The notes under the pieces: generated by a model | The model's input: only the letters and a program-made list of their open reading frames with translations | What the model was told of the DNA's origin: nothing | Database searches by the model: none | From: Azolla caroliniana | Taxonomy: Eukaryota > Plantae > Polypodiophyta | Direction: 5' to 3' | Assembly (NCBI GenBank): GCA_043228905.1 | Contig: JBHGNT010000013.1 | Coordinates: 8,556,001-8,620,000, forward strand | Length of the DNA stretch: 64,000 nucleotides | Program-made: the position numbers and the translations under genes | In this document: positions 37,132 to 48,415 of the stretch, in pieces | Layout: every line of letters starts with the position of its first letter | Numbering within the stretch: position 1 is the stretch's first letter

Positions 37132-40100
37132 TGTTAGGATCTCGGTTCCTCTGGATGGGATGATGAAGGCCCGGTAAGAACCAAATGATGAGTACCCGGC
37201 AAGGAAGACCCGGTGAGAACCGGATGTTGTAGGCCCGGTAAGAACCTCTCATTGGATGAAGGGACATATATGTAAATATGTTCCAGAGAGCCCACTGGGG
37301 CTATATTTGTAAATAGCCTGAAAATCATATTAGTATAAATATGACCTAGGGCAAACTGTGTGGATTTTTATTGTGTTGTCATTATTTTGTATAGAGTTAT
37401 TGGTGTAACTGCTGTACAGAGCGTAGCAGAGGGAGAGAGGGAGGGAGAGAGAGAGAGAGAGAGTCTCTGTTGTAACCGTCACCAAGCGAAGATTGTGAGC
37501 ACGAGGTTGTTGCCTTTGTGTTCCCTTGTTGTATTCTCCTTGCATATTGATAGTTCGGAGTCTGTGGGCTCCCATGGTTTTTCCTGTATAGGGTTTTCCA
37601 CGTTAACATCCTGTGCATCCTCTTCTATTTGTGTACTTACTTCCATTTCTCATTTTTCTTGTGTTTGATTATCATTAAGTGATCTAAGCTTCGGTTGTGG
37701 CTGAAGATTATTCCGTATATATCTCGACAATCTGGTATCAGAGCGAAACGACACAGAAAAATGGAAGATTTGTTGGGAGGCATGTTCAAGCTCACCGGCT
37801 CCAACTACTCAGTGTGGAAGTCGAAGATGAGGGACATGCTCATGGTGCTTTAAAGATCTTTGGTTGCCAGTTTAGTTTGGGGACAAGAGATCGGACAAGA
37901 TCGACGCCACGATATGGGAGGTGATGCACATGAAGACAACGATGTACATACGGTGCTTCATCGACCTGAGCCTGTACAACAACTTTAATGAGGAGAGTAA
38001 GGCTCATGAGCTCTGGGAGAAGATCAACATTATGTTTCAGAACAAAAATGTTGTTAATCGGGTTTCGGTATTTCGGAAGCTAGTGAGGTTATGGTACCAA
38101 GATGGCTCCAGTATGGCGGAGCACATGAATGCCTTCCAAGGACTGATACACCAAGCAACCTCGTTGGAAGTACCTCTCGCCGATGAGGTACTAACATTAC
38201 TCCTGCTCGGTTCCCTCCCAGATAGTTGGGAGACGTTAGTTGTCACTTTGGGCAACGCCTGGCCGGAAGGAAAACAGTTATCCCTAGCAAGAGTCAAGTT
38301 GAGCTTGCTAGATGAGGAGGCGCGTCAGAAAGACAAGGATACGAGCTCCGACTCCAAAGCGCTCCTTACCGAATCGGAATGCGGAAGACAAAGGAATCGT
38401 AGTCCCCAGAACCGGTCAAAGTCAAGGGGGAGGCCTACTTACTTCTATTGCGACAAGCCGGGACACTTCCAGAAGAACTGTCGGTATTTCCGGAAAGAAA
38501 AGGAAACCGATAGTACCGATTCGAAGCGGTCACCGAACCGGAAGGGAACGACAACAATTGTGGCAAGTGAAGAAGAGTTTATGCTCATCACCGAGGAGAT
38601 TGAGTTGAACCTTGCCGGCGACGAGACAACATGGGTTGTCGACTCCGAAGCGTTGTTCCACTTGACCTTGAACCAGAAATGCTTCTCATCCTACATAGCC
38701 GGTGAGCACGACTGTGTCCGGATGGGGAATGAAGGTACATGCCGAAGTGTCGGCATAGGAGACATGTGGCTGACAACACCAAACGGATGCAAGTTGATGC
38801 TGAAGGATGTCTGACACGTTCCGGAGGTTCGTCTGAACCTGATATCAGCCAGTCGGCTGGATGATGAAGGCTACATGAGTAGCATCCGAAACGGTGTCAT
38901 GAAATTCAGCAAAGGGAGCCTGATAGTGGCTCGTGCCCGGAAAGTCAACACGTTGTATCTGATGAATGCCCGGTTATGCCCGGAAGAAGTGAACGTGGCA
39001 TCTGACACTGCTGGTGAGCTGTGGCACAAGAGACTGTGTCACATGAGCGAGAAGGGGATGAAGAGGCTTGCCGATGACAACCTCATTCCGGCGAAAGACG
39101 TGCATCTTGAGAAGTGCACCGGTTGCCTGGCCGGTAAGCAAAACCGGACCTCCTTCCGATCAAGGCCACCAATGAGACATAATGCACCACTAGAGTTGGT
39201 GCATACTGATGTGTGTTAAGTGGACACGAAGTCACATGCCGGATTGCAGTACTTTGTGATGTTCATAGATGATCACAACCGGAAGCTGTGGGACACACCG
39301 TTGAAGATGAAGGATCAAGTGTTATCCGTCTTCAAGGAGCTCCACGTGAGAGTGGAAAGAGAAACTGACCGGAAGCTGAAGGTAGTTCGAGCAGATAACG
39401 GAGGAGAATATCGGGGGTAGTTTGAGGAGTACTGCCGCTCAAAGGGAATCCGGCTCGAATTTACTGTGCCAAAGATGCCGGAACTAAACGGGCTTGCTCA
39501 GAGGATGAACCAGACCATAATGGAGAGGGTCCAGAGTATGCTAGCGCATGCAAAGCTACACAAGATGTTTTGGGCTGAGGCGTTGTCGATAGCGACGTAC
39601 GTGATAAACAGATCATCCTCAGTGCCCTTGGACGGAGACTCACCGCAGAGAGTATGGACTGGTAAGGAAGTGTCTTACCGGCATCTAAAGGTGTTCGGGT
39701 GTCTCGCTTACGTGCATGTTGCAAAGGACCGGAGAGCAAAGTTGGATCCAAAGTTCCGGCCCCTTGCATATTCCTCGGATACGTCGATGATGAGTTCGGC
39801 TACCGAGTGTGGGATTTGGTCGACAATAAGGTTTTCCGGAGTCGAGATATTATCTTCATGGAGGACAAGACCCTTGCCGACTGGGAGTCGGAGAAGAAGA
39901 TAATGAACTCCGAGTCGACCGGTAAGGATTGGTTTGATGAGGTTCGGACCTACCCGGCTAAGAGCCGGTTGACACTTGAAGAACCGACCGGTTACGGTGA
40001 GGATACCGAACCGGTAGAAGAAGAAGAAGCAGAAATCGGAACTGGCCAAGACCTCGAATCAGATTCGGATGAAGAACAAACAGAGGAGCCGGTTGCCGAA

Positions 40101-41820
40101 AGCCAAAGACGGAGATATCCTCTCAGAGAGAGAAGGCCCCCCTGGAGATTTCCGGATGCAGAGCATGTGTTGTTGACCAATGAGGGGGAGCCAGAAAGCT
40201 TCAAAGAAGCAAAGGAGGACACCTACAGCCGCAAGTGGTTGAGTGCCATGCAGGACGAGATGGATTCCCTGCATGAGAACCACACATATGAACTGGTGGA
40301 GTTGCTGAAAGGAAACCGGGCACTCTGGAATAAGTGGGTGTACGAGTTGAAATCGGGAGATGCCGGCAACCCCCCAAGATACAAAGCTAGGATCGTGGTG
40401 AAGGGGTTCCAGCAGAAGAAGGGCGTGGACTTCGACGAGATATTTGCCCTGATAGTAAAGATGACTTCCATCCGGACGGTGCTGAGCATAGCGGCAAGCA
40501 TGGACCTCGAGGTAGAGCAGTTAGACGTGAAGACGACATTCCTCCACGACGACCTCAAAGAGGAGATCTACATGCAGCAACTAGAGGGATTTGTGAAGAA
40601 AGGGAAGGAGCACCTAGTTTGCCGGTTGAAGAAGAGCCTCTACGGTTTGAAACAGGCTCCCCTGGCAACGGTACCGGAAGTTCGACTCCTTAATGACCGA
40701 TCAAGGGTACCACAAGACGCAGGCCGATCACTGCATATTTGTGAAGAAGTTCGAAGGTGGAAACTTCCTGATACTCCTCCTGTACGTGGACGACATGTTG
40801 ATCGTCGGACGAGACCAAGTCAAGATACGGATGCTGAAGAAGGCTTTGAACCATACCTTCTCAATGAAATACTTGGGTCCGGCAAGACAGATACTGGGGA
40901 TGCATATCATCCGGGATCGGTCAAAGAAGCAATTGTGGCTGTCATAGGAGAAATACGTGACAAAGGTGCTTCAACGGTTCAACATGTCAGACGCGAAACT
41001 GGTCGGATCGACACTTCCGGGAAACTACAAGCTATCCGGTGAGCAAAGCCCGAAGAAGAAGGTAGAGAAGGCGGATATGATGAAGATACCATATGCCTCC
41101 GCCGTCGGGAGCTTAATGTACGCAATGGTGTGTACACAACCAGATATCAGATACGCAGTCAGAGTGGTGAGCTAGTTTATGAGCAATCCCGGCAAGGAGC
41201 ACTGGAATGCGGTAAAATGGATACTCTGGTACTTGAAAGGCACCTCAAGTATGTGTCTCCGATTCGGCTCCGGTAAACCCCAACTTGACAGTTTCACCGA
41301 TTCGGATATGTCGGCTGATGCGGATACTAGCTGATCAACATCGAGATATGTTATGACGTATGCAGGGGGAGCTGTTTCGTGGCAGTCGAGGCTGCAGAAG
41401 ACAGTTGCGTTGTCAACCACGGAGGCGGAGTACATGGCAGTCGTGGAAGCCGGCAAGGAAATATTATGGATGAAGGACTTCATCGGAGAGCTAGGGATCC
41501 GGCAAGAGGAATACCAACTCTATTGCGACAGTCAAAGTGCCATCCACCTTGCGAAGAACGCGACGTATCATTCCAGGACGAAGCACATCCAACGTAGGTA
41601 CCACTGAATCCGGGAGCAAGTGGAAGATTGAGAGTTCGTGTTGACGAAGATCCACACAGAGGAGAATGGGTCAGATATGTTGACCAAGGTGCTGATGCCC
41701 GACAAGTTGGACGCATGCTGGAAGCGAATAGGACTAACCAGACATCTCATGCCGGAGTGAAGGGGGAGTTTGTTAGGATCTTGGTCCCTCCGGATGGGAT
41801 GATGAAGGCCCGGTGAGAAC
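37132..41820 (+). mobile_element. Ty1/copia element with degenerate gag-pol; 5' LTR 37132-37729, 3' LTR truncated after ~50 bp (41771-41820)
   Basis: PBS TGGTATCAGAGC at 37733-37744; gag zinc knuckle, protease, GAG-pre-integrase LWHKRLCHMSEKG, integrase RADNGGEY, RT LLLYVDDMLI, RNase H ALSTTEAEY; PPT GAAGGGGGAG; multiple stops and frameshifts. Confidence 0.93.
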
Positions 41821-42773
41821 ACATGGCATATGTGTATTAATTACCGACGCTTGAATAAAGTGACGATCAAGAATTCATATCCATTACCCCGGGCTGACGA
41901 TCTAATTGACCGTCTCCAAGGAACTCGGTATTTTACGAAACTGGATCTCCGTACTGGGTACCATCAAATTCGTATAAGTGAGGACGATGTTCCTAAAACG
42001 GCATTTCGCACGCGCTATGACCATTATGAGTTTTTGGTTATGCCTTTTGGTTTGACCAATGCTCTGACTACATTTCAACAAGAAATGAATGACATTTTCC
42101 AAGAACAACTTGGAAAATTTGTCATTATTTTCTTGGATGATATTTTAGTTTATAGCCGTACATTACAAGAACATGCTAAACATGTCCGCTTTGTTTTACA
42201 AACATTGCGTGACAAACAGTTTTATGTGAAGCTCTAAAAATGTGAGTTCTTCAAGAAATCAATTACTTATCTTGGACATCTCATAACCGAACAAGGAGTT
42301 GAAATTGATCCTTCTCGCATCGAGAAAATCAAGCTTTGGCCCACTCTTCAGAATATTCGAGAAGTTCATTCATTCCTTGGTTTTGTCGGGTTTTTGCCAA
42401 AATCCCTTTGTAATTACTCCCAATTGACGACGCCGTTTACTGATCTTCTAAAAGGTCAAACGTGTAAGTCTACAAAACCTATTGTTTGGAATGCTACACT
42501 AGACCTCGCCTTTAAGGAACTCAAGGAGCTAGTGTGCAAGGCTCCTTCACTTCTTTTACCCGATCCTTCATAACCTTTTGAGGTTGAAACCGATGCAAGA
42601 GATTATGCTATAGGTGTTGTCTTATATCAAGATGGTAAACCAATAGCATTCAAGAGTAAGAAACTTGATTTTGCTCAATGTCGGTATACCGTTCAAGAAA
42701 AGGAATTATTTGCAGTTATACATGCGCTCAAAACATGGTGCCATTATCTTTATGGAAATCGCTTTTGTGGTAA

Positions 42774-45700
42774 TGTTGTCCGCCGGAATAGTAACCGACG
42801 GACAAGAGCGTAGGAATAAGAAATAATATAAGATCATAACACATGTAATGGTTCACGCAGGAAGCGTGAACGGCTAAATAGTCCCTGGCACGTATATAAA
42901 GGGTAGAAAACCTCTGATAGAGGGGGCGTGTAATTTTGGAATTGTAAAGAAGCGTATCGTAATAGAATTCTATCTTCATTGAAAATCTGTGTATAGCTAC
43001 GACTAATCTATTGTGTGTCTGGAATACCTGAGCGTGTAAGAACGTAAGTGTAACCATTGCTAAGGAGTTGGTTGTAGCCGTCTCCCTTATATGCTGATAG
43101 GTTACAGGGAACATTCCCTTACGCATTACGCCTAGACGCCTATTCGTTGTTCCACAACCACTTGAAGGTCTAGGTCGAAGGACTGATCGCAGACCGTGTT
43201 CCTAATCAGTAACACTTTTGGCACGCTTGGGGGGATTTGTGTCTTCTCACAGACGAGCAACGACGAAGGGATGTTTAGCCGCAGATGCCCCAAAGAACCA
43301 ACACGACAAGACTGGCCAATCACAAGGTCCGTCACACGCCAGGTAGAAGAACGCACACGGCAAAAGCCTCGCTTCAGCAACCTCAATACGACCTGCCGTG
43401 ATTACAAAGGTGATTCTTCGCTCTCCAAATACCTCGACGATATGCGGAGAGTACGCTCACCACAGCCACCCTGTGGTCTTTCCCGACTCGCCGTAGCCCC
43501 CAGCATGGCCTTTGCCTATCCCCGCTTTAATGGCGAAACCGACGCCGCAACCCATATTCGCATGTTCCTTAATGTTTGGAATGCGAACCACATGGCGCAG
43601 AGCCTTTCGGAGGCGGTAGCGCACCAGTCGAAAATGACGGAGTTTGGGTTAACATTGGATGGGCGAGCGGCGTTTTGGCATTCATAGATGGATTTACCAG
43701 CAATCACAACCTTCGATCAGCTGCGGTCCGCTTTCTTGCGGTTCTTCCATTGGAGGATTCCACAACGCGAAATCCTCGGACAGTTCTACACGATTAAGCA
43801 TTTGCTGACCGAGACGATCGCAGACTTCAGCTTATGTTTCCAAAATTTACGGCTGAAACTAGAATGGAGCCCCGCGGAGGACGAGGCTCGAGAAACATTT
43901 CTGGCAGCATTACGCCGACCCATCCGGGCAACGCTAAACACAAATAGCGTGAAAGGGGAAACGACGGATATGGTCATTGAACGAGCGTTACAACTCGAGT
44001 TGGACGAGGAGGAAGAAAGGTTTTCTATGTCCTCCTTACGACAAGCGTTACCTTGTCACGGACACATCAATCGCGGACTAAGACGGAACACGGATGATGA
44101 GGCTACGACGGAGCGATGACGGAATGACACAAGAGCATAAAGATAGAGATGAAGATTAAGGAAAGAAGATGGGCGAAACGAGAATACTAGATTGATATGT
44201 CCATGACTGGCGTTGTTCTCCTTGAATTCCTTCAAGGTGAACTCAACTATGTATACTAAGTGGCATGCATACCTGTTGCACGCATGTGATACAATAGAGC
44301 ATGTAGGCAGTAGGTACGCATGCATGTGCCAAGTGTAAATAATACAAGGGAGAAATTATGCACATGGTGCTAGCTAAAACCTACAATGAGAAAGTATATA
44401 CATGATTATATGCTATATGTGTGGTTAACACATAACACTCGATTATAACATGGTCATGTCAAGAGTTCGAATCTTGACATACCCCAGGACGAGGAACGCC
44501 AGTTTCGTCAGGCAATCCAGTGCACGATTTGCTTGAACTCGGGGCATTCCACAGTGGAGTGCAATATGCGAATCCACTGCCCAATCTGCCACTCGAAGGC
44601 TCACACAGTCGAACAATGCGAATACAATATGTTGAACAGAGCCACTCCTGCAGTCCGCAGCATGGACACCCAACATCCACCACTCCAGACTGAACAAAGG
44701 AGGCAAGAAGACCGACCACGGTATATGGATCGCAACCCACGGGACGACTGGCACCACCGGAATCGCCGAAATCACAATGATTCCGAGGAAGACGAACCAG
44801 AGGACGAGGATTATCGTGGACATCCGAGTTATGCTAAAGGGGGCCGGCGCTATGAGAATCACCGGCCGACAACCAAACGGGGCGGCGTCAATGGTTATCG
44901 TGGTAAGCCGCGGCAATATTGAGATCACCGGAGTTACGACGAAAGCTCGGGAGATGAGCGGCACCAGGAACAACGACGGGACCAATAGCAACCACCGCGT
45001 GCGTTCCGACAAACGAGGCCGAACCGCGAGGAGCAAGTCACACCAAGGGAGCAACACACACCACCAGGAGCCGAGAAGGGTGAATCAAGCATCCATTGTT
45101 TTATTTGTCAGTAGCTCGGACATTATGCCACGCAATTCCCAGCATGCAAGGGCAAGGGGCCTGCCGTCAATACGATTACGACGGAATTGTAGCAAGTCAC
45201 GACACGCCAGCAAACAAGAACGGCTGATTGGGCTGCGCAAGACGAGATACGACGACAAGCCTAGGCATGGGTGGAAAAAGCAAACACGACCAATACAGAG
45301 CGCATGTGGAAGGAGTCCACGAATGCGAGGGAGCAACCAAAGGACGAAGGACCAATCCCGGACCCCATTTGGCAGGCATTAACGGGCTGCGAGATAATGT
45401 TAACCATGGAGAAGCTGCTGCAGCTAGCCAAGCATGCCAAAAGTGTTACCGATTAGGAACACGGTCTGCGGTCAGTCCTTCGACCTAGACCTTCAAGTGG
45501 TTGGAGATGGCCATTAAAAATAAGAATGTCTGGAAGAAGCTGAAAATGACCCAAGCCGAGCTGCAAAAAGCCAACGAACGCATCGCGGAGTTGGAGCCTA
45601 ACGCGACTACGACGCAACACACAACTCCGCCACCAAACCACACCATTGACGCTTTGAAGGAAGAAATTGAGGCTCAGACCGCCATCGCCTCAAAAGCGAA

Positions 45701-47479
45701 AAGGGTTGTGCAGCTAACGGAATCCGAAATTGACCGCCTTCGAGCTGAACTGCGCCAATCCTTAGACAGAGAAAAGGAGATCCGGGCTAACGGCCGGAAG
45801 GCAGTAAAAACCCTTGAAGAGAAACTCGCTACGGAGGTAGCTTACCACATACGAACAAAAGACGAAAACGCCCACTTACGGGATGAGGCGAAGAAATCGG
45901 AGGCGGCAATCACGGGACTCCGGGCCTTATTAGAGAAAAAGAAGACGAGCAGCTGGTGGTCGAACAGGAAAGAAGGCATCAGTTCGAAATCCGCCTAAAC
46001 AATGAAATGGGGAAATTAGAAGAACAACACGCAAAGGAATCCCAGCTATGGGCGGGCCTGAAGTCCACATACGAAGAAGCGGCGGCGGTTAGGCAACAAG
46101 AAATTGCAAACCTCTAGAAGTCGATGGAAGACGCACGCAACCGTTGCCAGGCCATCATAGACAACGTGCATATCCTTCTCCAAACAAATCGGGAGCGGTT
46201 CACAGCGCAATTGAAAACGGCGTTGGACAAAGGATGGATGGCGTGGGCAACCCAAGTAGCGAAATTGCACGTGTATCGTGCGGACTGGGAGAACCAGCAA
46301 AGAGACGGCCGAGGTTTCTATAAACTAAATGAGGAGAGCATTGCGGCCATACGCGAGGACCTAGCGAAAGACTATCGTGCGCTAGAGGACCAACATTCCG
46401 AAGAACTCACGCAACTCTTAGATGATTTTGGTGAAAGCCAGGAGGAGCTATTTCACCAGATCACACAAACCGGCAACACGTGAACATATGAGGAATCCAA
46501 CGCGACGCCAATTCCGGGCACGATCGAAGAAGAGGAACCTCAGGCCAGATCACCAGAAAATACAACGACGGTGAACAACGCGGACCGACGAGCGGATTCC
46601 CCCACAGTACCAGACAACGAAACCGCTGCCGAAGAGGAGCTCCATCCGATGGAGCCCGCGCTATCATCGGACTACACGGAGAACGGTGCGGGCCAAGCGA
46701 AATCGCAACCCCACTCCCCGGAACGTACAAAGACGGTCGATACCACGGAGGAAGTAACGATTGAGACAGAGCCACGACCGATCGCAAGCACGACGACGGC
46801 GGAGCCCAATCCGCTAGCTCAAGAAGAACCCATCGAACCCGGGACCGCCCACACACGACGACTGTGACACCGGGAGAAACCATGCTGACCAAATAGGGGA
46901 GCCGCACCACGATGCACCTACGGGCTCTACGTCGCCTCCGGACATGGACACCGGAGCAGAGCCAAACATCCGGGCCATTTTGGAAGAAGATTAACGAGAT
47001 GGGTCCGACGTGCTAGGGCACTGTCCCACAGGTGTGCCAGGTGTTGTCTGCCGGAATAGTAACCGACGGACAAGAGCGTAGGAATAAGAAATAATATAAG
47101 ATCATAACGCATGTAATGGTTCACGCCGGAAGTGTGAACGGCTAAATAGTCCCTGCGTATATAAGGGGCAGAAAACCTCTAATAGAGGGGGCGTGTAATT
47201 TTGGAATTGTAAAGAAGCGTATCGTAATAGAATTCTATCTTCTTTGAAAATCTTTGTATAGCTATGGCTAATCTACTGTGTGTCTGGAATACCTGAGCGT
47301 ATAAGAACGTAAGTGTAACCATTGCTAAGGAGTCAGTTGTAGCCGTCTCCCTTATACGCTGATAGGTTATAGGGAACATTCCCCTACGCATTATGCATAG
47401 ACGCCTATTCGTTGTTCCACAACCACTTGAAGGTCTAGGTCGAAGGACTGATCGCAGACCGTGTTCCTAATCGGTAACA
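42774..47479 (+). mobile_element. Internally deleted Tat-like gypsy element; LTRs 42774-43214 and 47042-47479; gag plus a 3' coiled-coil extra ORF region, no pol
   Basis: TG...CA ends; TSD GGTAA at 42769-42773 and 47480-47484; PBS TGGCACGCTTGG at 43219; gag with zinc knuckles matches 3250-4500; coiled-coil ORF pieces at 45501-46867. Confidence 0.92.
44054..44479. mobile_element. Solo LTR (426 bp) inserted into the Tat-like gag
   Basis: TGTCA...TGACA ends; TSD TACCT/TACCC; gag reads QALP|QDEERQFRQAIQC across the insertion. Confidence 0.85.
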
Positions 47480-48356
47480 GGTAACTACGGACCACAAGTC
47501 CTTGAAATATTTCTGTGACGAACAAGACTTCAAAGGTCGTAAAGCACGAAGGGCTGATCTCAGCCAGGACTTTGATTTTTCCATACGATATTGTAAGGGT
47601 TCCATAAACACTGTCACTGATGCACTAAATCACATCCGTTAAGTTAACATGCTTAGCTTCACTGAAATAACTTCAGATCTTTATGATCCCCTTTGAGGAA
47701 AGCATACTGATGACAGTTATTTTGCAAAATATTGGGCAAGAGTTGAGTCTAGAATAGACACCACCACATCATCTCGTTGGGCAAAACGAGACGACTAGAA
47801 GTTTGAGTATATGAACACGTATGTATATTAATTTGTATGTGTATATCAAGACGGTTACAACTAATAGGCCGGCAAGGCGAACGCCGACGCCTGTTCACTC
47901 ACACGTAGAAGAGCGAGATGGTGACTCTGCCGGAAGCACACGGGCGTTCCACGAAACAGAGTCAACCTCCCGAAAACCTGCACCCAGCGAATACAGAGAA
48001 AGAAGGAGGAGAAGAGCTCGGTCCCCGTCCGACAACACTTCGTCCTCCACAAAAAAAACGATCCCCTTTTCATTCCTCTCCCTCTCTTTTATAGCCCAAG
48101 GAGGGAGGCCGTTATCATTCGTTACATCATATTAATTCTCTGTCCTTTCGGACATAGATACACCTCGATTCTCTCCCTATTGAATGCGTGCTACCTAGGA
48201 TTTCATCTCAGCCGACTTGTACCTACCTACTTACTATACAACGAAAGTGTGCTCACGTGTAAGGGCCGGTTTACACACGCTAAATTCGGTTTCTGCCTAG
48301 GGACAGTTTTTGTAAACGTAAGTGTTTGCGGAAACGTAAAACAGAGAACAACACAC

Positions 48357-48415
<59 letters not shown>

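Larger units (their letters stand above)
41821..47774 (+). mobile_element. Ty3/gypsy RT-RNase H fragment (41821-42773 and 47480-47774), close relative of the 53438-60456 element
   Basis: [21 protein letters not shown]...FLDDILVYS; the RNase H motif FVV|TTDH is split by the 42774-47479 insertion. Confidence 0.9.
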
